Source of the DNA: an uncultured virus (IMG/VR IMGVR_UViG_2865217878_000004)
Taxonomy: Duplodnaviria > Heunggongvirae > Uroviricota > Caudoviricetes
Reading direction: 5' to 3' (one strand)
DNA length: 64,000 bases
Virus record (IMG/VR): IMGVR_UViG_2865217878_000004
Made by a program: the position numbers and the translations under genes
Shown: one piece after another, positions 47,110 to 56,416 of the stretch
Position numbering within the stretch: the stretch's first letter is position 1
Layout of the letters: each line of letters begins with the position of its first letter
Notes under the pieces: generated by a model
What the model was told of the DNA's origin: nothing
What the model saw: the letters and a program-made list of their open reading frames with translations, nothing else
Databases searched by the model: none

Positions 47110-49700
47110 GCGGCTGTCCCAGTGTCCTCGCGGGCGAGTTCCTGGGCCCGGAACGCGGTGCTCCAAACGCGACCGAAGTAGTCCTGGGGCCGTCGCAGAT
47201 CGAGGGCGAGGGCTTCCTCGAGGAGGCCGACAGCTTCCAGTGCTCTTTCCAGGCCGGCGATTGCCTGAGCGGTGGGCTCGAAGGCCTCGTGCAGGTAGTC
47301 CGCGGTCGCGCTGTCCGGGGCCCGCTCTGCAAGGATCCGCCACTGCTCCCGTTTGCGGTGCCAGTAGACGAGGTCGGCGCCGGTCATGACGAACTTGTCG
47401 CAGCTGTGGCAGTTGAGCTTCCAGGGACATGCATCTCCGTCGACGACGGGCTGGAAGGTGCAGAAGCCTCCTTCGGCCGGTGTCGACTTGCGGGTGAGAT
47501 CGACCAGCATGGCTTCGGCTTCTTCCCTGGTCATGGGCTCGCCGGTGGTCAGCAAGGTTCCTGGTTCCGGGGTGCCCGGACCGGCGACCCAGATGGCGTT
47601 GAGGGCGTCGTTGAGCCGGGAATCGGTGTGGGCGAGATGGACGTAGTGCTCGGCCATTCGTTCGGAGACCTGGCCGAGGTAGCGCTTGACGTGAGTGAGG
47701 TCGGCGCCGTTGCGCAGGAGCTGGGTGGCCAGGGTGTGCCGCGTCTGGTGCGGGACGCAGTGTCCGATGTCGAGGGAGATCACCCATGTGCGGAAGAGGC
47801 GGTGGAACCATCCGTAGCTCACGCCCTTCAGGCATTCGCGGTTGGCGGTCCGCCGCGGGAAGAGCGCGATCTGCGACCTCTCCTCGGCGTTTGGCTCGTG
47901 CCCTTGCCGCTGGACGAAGCGGGCGATCGTGGTGGCCTGCCGTCGCTCGATGGTCTGGTAGAGGCGTTCGGGGATGCGGATCGCGGCGTCGAGGTTGCCG
48001 ACCTTCGTCTGGTCGTGCCAGAACAGCGGGACTCCGTTGTGGCGGCTGATGCAGTTCAAGCGGGCGTTGAGGACTTCCTTGCAGCGCCGGCCGGTGAAGA
48101 CGAGCGTCTCCCAGGCATCCCGCAGGCCCCTGTCGCCGGGATCGCCGGCCGCCAGGCGGGCCAGGTTGTCGGGGTGGGCGAGGGCACGGGCGACGTCGTC
48201 GGGGAAGGGACGCCGGCGCCCGGACTTGATGCCGCTGGTGGGGAGCGCGACAGTGAACGTGCGGTGCAGTCCGGCGCGTTCGGCCTCGCCCGACTCGAGT
48301 GCCTCTCGAAGGAGCTGGCGAAGGCCGTTGAGGAGCTGGCCGACGGACATTTTCGTCATCCTGGTCGGCTTCTGGCCACCTCTTCGGGTGGGGAAGGCGA
48401 GCGAGGGCAGTCCATGTTCGGCGCGGTGGCGCTGGTCGGTGAGGAAGTCGATCATGTGGTCCGCGGTCAGCAGCGTGGGGTCGTGACCGCCCTCCGGCGC
48501 CTGGGCCTCAAGGTAGGCACTCAGTTCCATGCAGCCGCGCCGTCTGGTCTCGAGGGGGTTCCGGCTGCGGGGAGGAGCCTTAACCAGTCGGTCTGCCAGA
48601 GACTCCCAGAGCAGGTCACGTAGCCAGCGCTGCGAGATGCCGCTGAGGTCGAAGAGGCCGTCGCATTCCTCGATTCGGACGCCGAAGTGCCCCAGATCGA
48701 TGAAGCCCGCGTCCTTGGTGTCCTGCCGGGTGAAGTAGATCAGGCGTAGATAGCGCAGCATCGTCTTCACGATCTTGCGTGAGACCTGTCGGCAGCGTCC
48801 GAGGTCGAGATCCGCCAGCGAGTCGGCCCCCTGCCGACGGCAGTCCTCCGCGACGTGCTGGAGCCACTGGACAGGCCACGGGTTGCCTTCCACGGGCATC
48901 TGCGTGTGCTGGAACATCGACCACTGGATCTCACGCTTCACCAGCGGACGCAGACGAAGCAGGCTCAGGCAGCCGTTCATCCGCGCGATCGGGCCGGTCT
49001 CGGTGCACCACCGCCGGAATCGGGCTTCATCGGTGTAGGTCACCGGGACGGGCTTGCCGAGGTCGGCCAGCCATCTGCCCCAGTTCTTCGGGAGATCGGC
49101 GCCGCCGGGCCGCCCCTCGCTCTTGTAGCGGTAGCGGTGCCGACTGCACAGCCCCAGAGGGCTCACGGCCTGGTCGGGACAGACATCGACCCGGCACTGG
49201 CCGAACGGCACGAATGCGGACTCGGAAGCCAACCACACGTCGAGTTCGGCAGGTTGTCCCTGCCGTTGCTGCCGCAGACGGTGCTGATACCAGCGGTCCA
49301 CGTGCAGCTTGCACAACCCGATCGAGCTGGCCGCCGGAATCCCCGGACAGATCAGACAGTCCGGCGGGTCGTGCCATGACACGGTCGGCAAAGGCCGGGC
49401 GTTTTGGAGGAAGGCGTTGAGCCCCTGGCCTTCCCGTTTCAGGTTCCGCCACTCGACATCATGGTTGAAGCAGAAGTCGGCCGTGGCCTCCCGTCCCCGT
49501 TGGCACTCCGGAACACCGCAGATCCATCCATAGACGGGATGGTCTCCGGGGACCTTGATGACGTCCGGGCGGAACAGCGGGTCGAAGGTGGGCGCGTCCA
49601 TCAAGGCGGTGAGGAGTTCCAACCGGTCCCGCGTGGTGCGTCCGTCCCGCCCGGGAACGATGACCGGCAAGGCCCGCAGTGCCGGTGCAGGGTGCGTCAT
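47106..49700 (-). CDS. tnpB: Large tyrosine recombinase (TnpB of Tn554 type)
   Basis: TGRR..E, HQTRHTLAT, YLGQVS..MAEHY; Cys/His-rich N-terminus. Confidence 0.88.
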   Translation of the reverse strand: MTHPAPALRALPVIVPGRDGRTTRDRLELLTALMDAPTFDPLFRPDVIKVPGDHPVYGWICGVPECQRGREATADFCFNHDVEWRNLKREGQGLNAFLQNARPLPTVSWHDPPDCLICPGIPAASSIGLCKLHVDRWYQHRLRQQRQGQPAELDVWLASESAFVPFGQCRVDVCPDQAVSPLGLCSRHRYRYKSEGRPGGADLPKNWGRWLADLGKPVPVTYTDEARFRRWCTETGPIARMNGCLSLLRLRPLVKREIQWSMFQHTQMPVEGNPWPVQWLQHVAEDCRRQGADSLADLDLGRCRQVSRKIVKTMLRYLRLIYFTRQDTKDAGFIDLGHFGVRIEECDGLFDLSGISQRWLRDLLWESLADRLVKAPPRSRNPLETRRRGCMELSAYLEAQAPEGGHDPTLLTADHMIDFLTDQRHRAEHGLPSLAFPTRRGGQKPTRMTKMSVGQLLNGLRQLLREALESGEAERAGLHRTFTVALPTSGIKSGRRRPFPDDVARALAHPDNLARLAAGDPGDRGLRDAWETLVFTGRRCKEVLNARLNCISRHNGVPLFWHDQTKVGNLDAAIRIPERLYQTIERRQATTIARFVQRQGHEPNAEERSQIALFPRRTANRECLKGVSYGWFHRLFRTWVISLDIGHCVPHQTRHTLATQLLRNGADLTHVKRYLGQVSERMAEHYVHLAHTDSRLNDALNAIWVAGPGTPEPGTLLTTGEPMTREEAEAMLVDLTRKSTPAEGGFCTFQPVVDGDACPWKLNCHSCDKFVMTGADLVYWHRKREQWRILAERAPDSATADYLHEAFEPTAQAIAGLERALEAVGLLEEALALDLRRPQDYFGRVWSTAFRAQELAREDTGTAA

Positions 49701-50893
49701 TCGTCCTCACCCCAGACGGCCTGGAGAGCAGCCGTGAACTCGGGCGAGTGCAGGTCGGGATGGCCGTAGACCTCATCGACCATCCTGGCCGACGCCCAGT
49801 TCCCGACGGCCTTGGCCACCATCGAGTCGCCGTTCGTGACGTCCAGCACGTCGTTGGTGATCTGGTGGCGAAACGCCTTGGGCGTGATCCTCCCGGGCAG
49901 CCCGGCCCTACGGCCGGCCCGGCGCAGCATCCCCCGGGCGGCATCCGCGCTCCAGGGCTCTCCACGGTTCGGGCCGGCCAGCTGGATCAGCAGCATCCCG
50001 TGCCCCGTGGCGTACGCCGCGTACTCCGTCGTCATGTACTTGAAGTAGCTGCTGATCATGGCGGGGCTGGCGCGGTAGATCTCCCCGCCGGTGATCACCC
50101 CGTCGACCGCCTTCCAGTCCGGCTTGATCTTCGCGGCGGCCCGATTCGGGTTGCCCCAGCGATGACAGACATGCAGGTGAGGGCTCTTGCATTCGCCGCA
50201 GGCCGCGTTCTCCCGCAGGTGCAGGTCCATCAGGTGTAGCCCAGCCAGCCCGCCCGGTCGCAGGCTTGTGTCCGACAGCCACTGCAGGACCATCTCGTCG
50301 CGGGCCGTGTTCAGCACGCCTCGCAACTCCTCCTTGGCCCCGTCCGGCAGCATCTTCGGGTGCCGACGACGCGGCGGCCGCTTCGGAGCCAACGGGTTGG
50401 CCGCCATCGACGTCTTCACGTGCCCCAACAGAGCCCGGTCCCGGTCCACCCTCGTCGGCAGCCGAGTGACCGCAAGGGCCTCCCTCAGCTCATTGTTCAC
50501 GCCCTTGCTGGCGCACGCGTTGAGGTAGAAGCCCTTGAGACATGCCGCCGCGACCTGGAGAGCCGAGGCGCCGTACGGACGTTGAGGAGGCACCCGCCAC
50601 GGCTGCCCGTAGGGCATCGGCACGTGGGCACCCACCGCCCCCATGTAGCGGTGCAGGTCACTCATCGTGATCGTCTCGGTGGTCAGCCCCTCCCGGATCC
50701 GCCACCGCAAGTGATCCACCAACGAGTAGGCGTACGTCTTCTGCGACCCCGACCCTTCGAACGGCCGCAGATACGAGTCCGCCTCCGCGTCGACCGTGCA
50801 GTCCGGCCCCACGATCGTGTACGACCTGCCACCACCAGCCCTCTCGAGCACCTGCACCCGCAGGTCCCCGAGGACCACTCGACTACGTGCCAC
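49697..50893 (-). CDS. tnpA: Tyrosine recombinase (TnpA of Tn554 type)
   Basis: TSLRPG, TPKAFRH, VGNWAS...VYGH. Confidence 0.85.
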   Translation of the reverse strand: MARSRVVLGDLRVQVLERAGGGRSYTIVGPDCTVDAEADSYLRPFEGSGSQKTYAYSLVDHLRWRIREGLTTETITMSDLHRYMGAVGAHVPMPYGQPWRVPPQRPYGASALQVAAACLKGFYLNACASKGVNNELREALAVTRLPTRVDRDRALLGHVKTSMAANPLAPKRPPRRRHPKMLPDGAKEELRGVLNTARDEMVLQWLSDTSLRPGGLAGLHLMDLHLRENAACGECKSPHLHVCHRWGNPNRAAAKIKPDWKAVDGVITGGEIYRASPAMISSYFKYMTTEYAAYATGHGMLLIQLAGPNRGEPWSADAARGMLRRAGRRAGLPGRITPKAFRHQITNDVLDVTNGDSMVAKAVGNWASARMVDEVYGHPDLHSPEFTAALQAVWGEDE

Positions 50894-51018
50894 CCCTGCC
50901 TCCCCGATCGATCTCCCTCACGTATCGAAAGGAACGGAGAGAGTCGGTTAACCGGCACGGGTCGCCAGTAGAGAACACCCGAACGATGGACACGAACACT
51001 CACAGGCCAGTTGGTAAA

Positions 51019-51202
51019 CGCCTCCGACAGGCCCTTCGCCTGGATTGACGACGAGCTGAGCGACACCGACCGAACCTACGTCGCCGCACACCACCGAAAG
51101 CCGGCGCTGCTCCATCATGTCGATGCGCGACTGGGCCTGCGTGACCCCGACTTTGCGACGCTCAGCGCCTTCGCTCACACCACGAGTTCGTCTGTGACGT
51201 GA
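51019..51202 (+). pseudogene. HAD-domain protein, 3' part
   Basis: RPFAWIDDE...HVDARLGL. Confidence 0.88.
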
Positions 51203-51375
51203 GCCGACGAAGTCCTAACTTCGCGCGAGAGGCGGTGTTCGGCGTAGCGCCGGTGTCACCTCCCTCGCACCACGGGCCTGACGTTCCGAGCATCGACGGC
51301 CTGACGTATGAGACCGGCCGCTGGACCGGCGATGACGTGAGCGTCGTCTCGGCGCACACCAGATGGAGGAGAAGC

Positions 51376-51741
51376 GTGACGGAGAGACAGCAGCCATCAG
51401 CAGTCGGAAGGCAGTTTGTCGACGAGGATGGTCGCCGCGGAGTCGTGGCCGTTCTGGAGTCCGGAACTGTCGCCGAACTCCGCACCGGACAGCCGGTCTT
51501 TCTGGACCTGAACCTCATCGGCATGGGCCGCTGGCCCTTGGGGCTCTGTGATGGGGGGTGGATGGAGCGGCACCCCGACGTTGGCCTGGTAGCGCCCGGC
51601 CCCGTGATCCACCTGACCGGCGAGGAGTTCGCCGACCTCGCAGCTGGTCAGACCGTACACCGGTCAATCGAGGTAACACCCCTCTGGGCTTCGTTCCCGC
51701 TCCGGCTCACCCAGGTCGACAGCCTCGCCGATCCGGCGTGA
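51376..51741 (+). CDS. Hypothetical protein
   Basis: GGAGGAG RBS before the GTG. Confidence 0.6.
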   Translation: MTERQQPSAVGRQFVDEDGRRGVVAVLESGTVAELRTGQPVFLDLNLIGMGRWPLGLCDGGWMERHPDVGLVAPGPVIHLTGEEFADLAAGQTVHRSIEVTPLWASFPLRLTQVDSLADPA

Positions 51742-51789
51742 TACAGAACCCCTCATGGCGGCGAGCTCCACAATGAATCACCCTCCGGT

Positions 51790-51817
51790 AGCGTGCAAAG
51801 AACCGGTTTTCAACATT
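51790..51817 (-). promoter_or_regulatory. Operator copy 4 (inverted, degenerate -10)
   Basis: Reverse strand ATGTTGAAAACCGGTTCTTTGCACGCT matches copy 1 ATGTTGACAACCGGTTTTCTGCACGCT. Confidence 0.65.
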
Positions 51818-51844
51818 CCTTTAGCGGAATCGGTGCTGCCTGTG

Positions 51845-52264
51845 TCAATCCCGCCGCACTGGCCACGGCGAGGCGGCGAGAAGGCCGTCCATCAGGAAGG
51901 GCCGTGGGCGTTGACCTTCCACCTGCCGCGCGAAGACACGTTCGCCGCTGCCCAAGTCCCGCCAGGTCAACACCTGCCGTCGAACGGGGCGTATCGGTCG
52001 TCGGCGCGGCCCATACACACCGGTCCCCTCATGAACGTACCGCGCGTAGTCCAGGTCGCTGAACACCTCACCCAGCACTTCTCCCGGTCGGTCGGTGATC
52101 TCGGACTGGATGCTGGCACGGAGCGGGCCGTTGCCTGGACAGCGCGCGCGTGCGGAGGCTTCGACCGCCTCGGTGACCTCTCGAACCATGGTGCCGACCC
52201 AGCCTGCTGCGGACAGTTCACGGTCGATCACGCCGTTGTCCAGCTCGATGCGGATCTCGCTCAT
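51845..52264 (-). CDS. HK97 gp10-like neck/tail-completion protein
   Basis: G.LRASI...YARYVHEGT...RPRPFL. Confidence 0.8.
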   Translation of the reverse strand: MSEIRIELDNGVIDRELSAAGWVGTMVREVTEAVEASARARCPGNGPLRASIQSEITDRPGEVLGEVFSDLDYARYVHEGTGVYGPRRRPIRPVRRQVLTWRDLGSGERVFARQVEGQRPRPFLMDGLLAASPWPVRRD

Positions 52265-52375
52265 CGCAGATCACCCAGTCTCTTGCTGCTCGTCCTGTGG
52301 TGGCCGACTCGCTACCTGCGTACCGGCCGAGCCGCGGACGTGCCGGTCTTCCCCCTCACCGCGCATCGCCTTCGT

Positions 52376-52915
52376 CTACGCCTCGACGGTGATCGTCAGC
52401 AGGACTCCGGCGCAGCCACCTTGGGGGCCAAGGGGGCGTTCGGTGTCGGGTTCGACGGTCACGTCCTGCAGGGCTGAGCAGCAGGCCACCGCTTCGCGGA
52501 GCAGGCGGGCGTCGGCGAGGAAGCCCCAGAACTCGGCCGCGCGCTGCTGGCAGTCCGGGGCTGATTGGCCGTCCGGGGCGGTGACGGCGACGCAGCGGGT
52601 CACGCCGAGTTCGATTACGTGGCGTCCGCGCCAGGACAGGCAGCCGCGGGAGGTGCGCCGGTTTCCGGCGAGGTCGGCGACCGGGTCGCGGCGGATCCAG
52701 CGCACCCATGCCTGTCCGTGGCCGCCGTCGCAGTCGCAGCCGCACCAGTCCAGGGCGGGGAGGCGTTCGCCCCAGGTGAGGCAGCAGGAGCAGACCGGCC
52801 GTTCGGCTGCGGTCAGCGTTGCGCACAGACAGGCGTGCAGGCCGGACAGGATCGGGCCGAGGAGCGGGTCGGCGTCCGGGGGCAGGAGAGGCTCGTGCTC
52901 GACTGGCTGGGTCAT
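52376..52915 (-). CDS. Tail terminator-like structural protein
   Basis: Cys-rich; ELGVTRC...GPQGGCAG; position in the neck module. Confidence 0.65.
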   Translation of the reverse strand: MTQPVEHEPLLPPDADPLLGPILSGLHACLCATLTAAERPVCSCCLTWGERLPALDWCGCDCDGGHGQAWVRWIRRDPVADLAGNRRTSRGCLSWRGRHVIELGVTRCVAVTAPDGQSAPDCQQRAAEFWGFLADARLLREAVACCSALQDVTVEPDTERPLGPQGGCAGVLLTITVEA

Positions 52916-53730
52916 CGCTTGGCTCCTGGGGGATAGCGACGCGACAGGGGCGCTGGGGGAAGGTCGAGGGAGTAGACGGCCGGGCGTTGCTGGCCGGGGG
53001 TGGGGTTGACCAGTTGGACCCAGGAGTAGATGTGCGGCATGTGGGTGCGCAGCGTCTCGGCCCAGTCCCCGTCCGGCACGATGTCGTAGGTCACGCCCTC
53101 GCGCTGAACGGTGCGCACGCCGCGCGGCAACGCACAGCCGGTGGCGCCTGGGGTGCACGCTTTGTCGATCTCGCAGGCAAGGCGGCCGACCGCGCGGCGT
53201 CCGCCGATGGGCACCTCGAGGCCGCGCAGGTAGGTGACGGAAAGCGTTCCCGGGGCGGTGTCCGGCAGCGTGAGGTCCTGGTGGTGCGGCCAGCACGCCC
53301 CGTCCGTACGTGCGAGGAGCGCGCCGACCGCCCGAGGAAGCACGGCGTAGGCGGTGGTTGGCAACTCAGTGCCGGCGTGGCGTACGGCGAGCACGCTGTG
53401 CACCGGCCCGTGCAGGTAGATGGCGCAGCGGGGGGTGCACCCGCATCGCGTCTGTCCGCAGCCGCAGGGCGTCTCGCCCCAGTGCCCGGCGCCGAGCCCG
53501 GGAGACGTCCTGCCGGGGGATGACGCCGCGCACCGGATGCCGCAGGGGCGTTCGACCTCCTCGCACAACCCGTATCGCCCTCCGGTCAGCCGCCAGAGCA
53601 CGTCGGTGGCCTCCTGCACGGCCGCGAGGTGATCCTCGGTCCACTCCCCGGGGTCGTCCGGCCAGCCGGGGCAGCAGGACGGATCGACCGGCCACGGGGC
53701 GCAGGGACCGTCCTGCACCTGATCCGGCAT
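52912..53730 (-). CDS. Head-to-tail adaptor
   Basis: A..VLW.LTG.RYG.C...RP, LACE..K, C.LP..V..VQREGV. Confidence 0.75.
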   Translation of the reverse strand: MPDQVQDGPCAPWPVDPSCCPGWPDDPGEWTEDHLAAVQEATDVLWRLTGGRYGLCEEVERPCGIRCAASSPGRTSPGLGAGHWGETPCGCGQTRCGCTPRCAIYLHGPVHSVLAVRHAGTELPTTAYAVLPRAVGALLARTDGACWPHHQDLTLPDTAPGTLSVTYLRGLEVPIGGRRAVGRLACEIDKACTPGATGCALPRGVRTVQREGVTYDIVPDGDWAETLRTHMPHIYSWVQLVNPTPGQQRPAVYSLDLPPAPLSRRYPPGAKR

Positions 53731-53791
53731 GGCTCTCTCCATCTATGTCTGCGGTTCGGCCGGCACCGAGTGGTGCCGGCCGAACCGGCAG

Positions 53792-54595
53792 CTACTTCGG
53801 CTCCGTCTCCTTCTTCTCCGGGCTGCTGGCGCGTCTCGGCTCGGAGCGGCGTGCCGACGCCTGCGGCCGCGGCTGCGACTGTGGCGGCGGGGTCTGCTGG
53901 CCCGGAGGCGGGGACTGGGGCTGCTCAGGTTCCGGCTCGGGAGCGGGCGGAGCCGGGGGCTGCGGCTCCTCGTTCCCGTCCTGGTCGGGGGCTGCGGTAG
54001 CGATGGTGATGGGCACCGTCGCAGCGGTGAGCACGCGTGCCGAGCCGTGGCCGACCGCGCCCTGGACGCTGAACTCGTAGGTGGTGTCCGGCTCCAGGCG
54101 GCGGATCGGCACGACGCGTTCGTAGCCGCGCAGTTCCTTCTTCAGCCAGTCGTGCTCGGGCTCGTCCTCGGTGGCCTGGGCCCGGTAGCGCAGCACCCAG
54201 CCGTCCGGCTCGGTACGCTCCTGTGAGTTTCCCGAGTAGTCCCAGGCGATGACGATGGTGTCGGTGGTCGGCTCGCCCTTGGCGCCGAGGCCCTCGACGA
54301 CCATGTCGTACTCGATGCCGTGATCCGGGTGGATCCCGTCCACCTCGAAGACGGTCGGCTCCACCCAGACCATGCGGTCGATGCCGGGCTCGATCGGCTG
54401 TGAACCCTCGGCGAGGACGAGGTCGCCGTGGTCGCCCGCGAACACCTCGGCCGGGATGTGGACGTAGGAGACCGGGTTGCCGATGTGGTACCGGATGCGG
54501 CTGCGGTCTTCCTGCGCCCACCACATCACCCGCTGGAGCACGGCCGCTCGGGTGTCGGGATGGACGACGAGGTAGGTACCGGTCATACGGGGCAT
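53792..54595 (-). CDS. Structural protein with FN3-like domain and Pro-rich tail
   Basis: IAWD...LRYR...LEPDTTYEFSVQ. Confidence 0.65.
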   Translation of the reverse strand: MPRMTGTYLVVHPDTRAAVLQRVMWWAQEDRSRIRYHIGNPVSYVHIPAEVFAGDHGDLVLAEGSQPIEPGIDRMVWVEPTVFEVDGIHPDHGIEYDMVVEGLGAKGEPTTDTIVIAWDYSGNSQERTEPDGWVLRYRAQATEDEPEHDWLKKELRGYERVVPIRRLEPDTTYEFSVQGAVGHGSARVLTAATVPITIATAAPDQDGNEEPQPPAPPAPEPEPEQPQSPPPGQQTPPPQSQPRPQASARRSEPRRASSPEKKETEPK

Positions 54596-54598
54596 GGG

Positions 54599-56401
54599 CT
54601 ATCGCCTCCTTGGCCGACTCGACCGGCGGCTGCGCGGCGCGGCGGCTGGCAGCGGGATGGTGACCTGCTGCTCGGTGCAGCGCGCCGGCTCGGCCCCGGA
54701 CACGCAGACGGTGACGGTGTGCGCGCCGGGGGCCAGGACCTGTTCCGCGGTGACGCCGCTGGCCGGGACGTCCACGACCGGCTGGTCATCCCACTGGATC
54801 GTGTAGGTCTCGCTGTCGGTCACGGTCACCGTGATCACAGCTGAGTTCGCCGCCTGGCCGGGGGCGACGGTGAACTGCGGGCCGGTTCCCGGCTGCTGAC
54901 CGCCCGGGGTGAACGTGGTGCTCGCGATCACGGCCAGGTCGGCGGTCGAGGTCGCCGTGATCGTCTGGTCGCCGGAGATGTTCTCGTCGTAGGCGTGGGT
55001 GGACTGCGTCTGCCCGGCGGGAACGACAGTGACCGGCGTGCCGTCGCCCCAGTCCACCTCGATGTCCGCCTCCGCCGGGAACCCGGTGAGGGTGATCAGC
55101 GCGGTGCGGCCGGTGGCATCGGACGGGTCGGCCTCCGCAGTCAGGGTCGGCTCCGGGGGCTCCTGACCGCCGCCCGGGGTGAACGTGGCGCTGGCTGTCA
55201 CGGACGGGTCGGCCTGGCTGGTGACCGTGATCGCCACCTCGCCGGTGACGCTCTCGGCGAAGGCGTGGGTCGCCTCAGCCGTGCCGGCCGGCAGCGACTC
55301 CGGCTGTGTGCCGTCGCCCCAGTCCACCGTCAGCGCGTCCGCGGCCGGGAATCCGGAGAGGGTGATCAGCGCGGTGCGGCCGGTGGCGTCCGCCGGGTCG
55401 GCCTCCGCAGTCACCGTCGGCTCGGCGGGAGCCCCCTCACCGGGGGTGAAGGCGGCGTTGGCCCGAAGCTGTGGGTCCGTCTCGGAGGTGAGGGTGATGG
55501 TCACCGTCCCCGTGACGTCCTGTGCGTAGGCGTAGGTGAGTTCCCCCTCGGCCGGGTGCCCGGTCTCCGGAGCCGTGCCGTCGCCCCAGTCGATCGCCAC
55601 CGTGCTGTCGGCGGGGAAGCCGCTGTAGGACAGGAGCGCGGTGCGGCCGGTGGGGTCGCTGGCGTCGGCGGTTGCCTGGGCGGTTGGCTCCGTCCCGCCG
55701 CCGTCGAACGGCACGGTGACCTGCTGGCTCGTGGTGCGGGAGGCGTCGACCGTGTCGGTGGCGGTAACGGCGTAGTCGCCCGGGGTGGTGAACGCGTGAC
55801 CGGTGGGCGTCTGCCCGTCGCCGGGGTTGGTCTGCGGCTCGGTGCCGTCGCCGAAGTCGACCAGCGCCTGATTGCCCTGGTTGTCGATCAGCGCGTTCAC
55901 CGACATCCCGGTGGTGTCGGCGGTGTCCTCCTCGATGGTGAGCGTGATGTCGGCGACCTCGCCGAACGGCACGGTCACCTGAGCGGTGCCGGTGCGGGTG
56001 GTGTCGTCGGCGTCCCTGGCGGTGACGGTGTAGTCGCCGGGGGCCGCGTACGGGTGGGGCGTCGCCTCCTGGCCGTCACCGGAGTTGGACCCTGCGGGGG
56101 TGCCGTCGCCGAAGTCCAGGGTCACGGGGCCCTGGCCTCGGTTGTCCACGGTGATGGAGGCGGTCATGCGCGAGGCGTCGGTGGTGTCCTCGCCGGCGGT
56201 GACCTCCATCTCCTCCGGCTCGCCCCCGACGTCGAAGGGCAGGGTGAACGTGACTTCGGTGCGCGCCTGGGGGTTGTCGGCGTCGGCGACGACGGCGGTC
56301 TTCGCCCCGGGGGTGGCGTACTGGTGGGAGACCTGCCCCTGCTCGGGGCCGTTCTCCACCGGGCTGCCGTCGCCCCAGTCGATCGTGGTCGGTCCAGCCA
56401 T
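54599..56401 (-). CDS. PKD/Ig-repeat virion decoration protein
   Basis: Six D(W/F)GDG repeats plus one degenerate repeat; own AAGGAG RBS; starts mid-domain. Confidence 0.88.
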   Translation of the reverse strand: MAGPTTIDWGDGSPVENGPEQGQVSHQYATPGAKTAVVADADNPQARTEVTFTLPFDVGGEPEEMEVTAGEDTTDASRMTASITVDNRGQGPVTLDFGDGTPAGSNSGDGQEATPHPYAAPGDYTVTARDADDTTRTGTAQVTVPFGEVADITLTIEEDTADTTGMSVNALIDNQGNQALVDFGDGTEPQTNPGDGQTPTGHAFTTPGDYAVTATDTVDASRTTSQQVTVPFDGGGTEPTAQATADASDPTGRTALLSYSGFPADSTVAIDWGDGTAPETGHPAEGELTYAYAQDVTGTVTITLTSETDPQLRANAAFTPGEGAPAEPTVTAEADPADATGRTALITLSGFPAADALTVDWGDGTQPESLPAGTAEATHAFAESVTGEVAITVTSQADPSVTASATFTPGGGQEPPEPTLTAEADPSDATGRTALITLTGFPAEADIEVDWGDGTPVTVVPAGQTQSTHAYDENISGDQTITATSTADLAVIASTTFTPGGQQPGTGPQFTVAPGQAANSAVITVTVTDSETYTIQWDDQPVVDVPASGVTAEQVLAPGAHTVTVCVSGAEPARCTEQQVTIPLPAAAPRSRRSSRPRRR

Positions 56402-56416
56402 GGCGATTCTTCTCCT

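Larger units (their letters stand above)
45173..51018 (-). mobile_element. Tn554-like tyrosine-recombinase transposon
   Basis: Coupled tnpA-tnpB-tnpC trio plus cargo. End IRs TTTACCGACTG/CAGTTGGTAAA. Removing the element restores the HAD reading frame. Confidence 0.9.

Noticed and set aside
43449..51817. Inverted motif pair as terminal IRs of a composite IS256 element
   Set aside because: The same motif occurs at 14456 and 19183 as phage promoters; no TSD seen.
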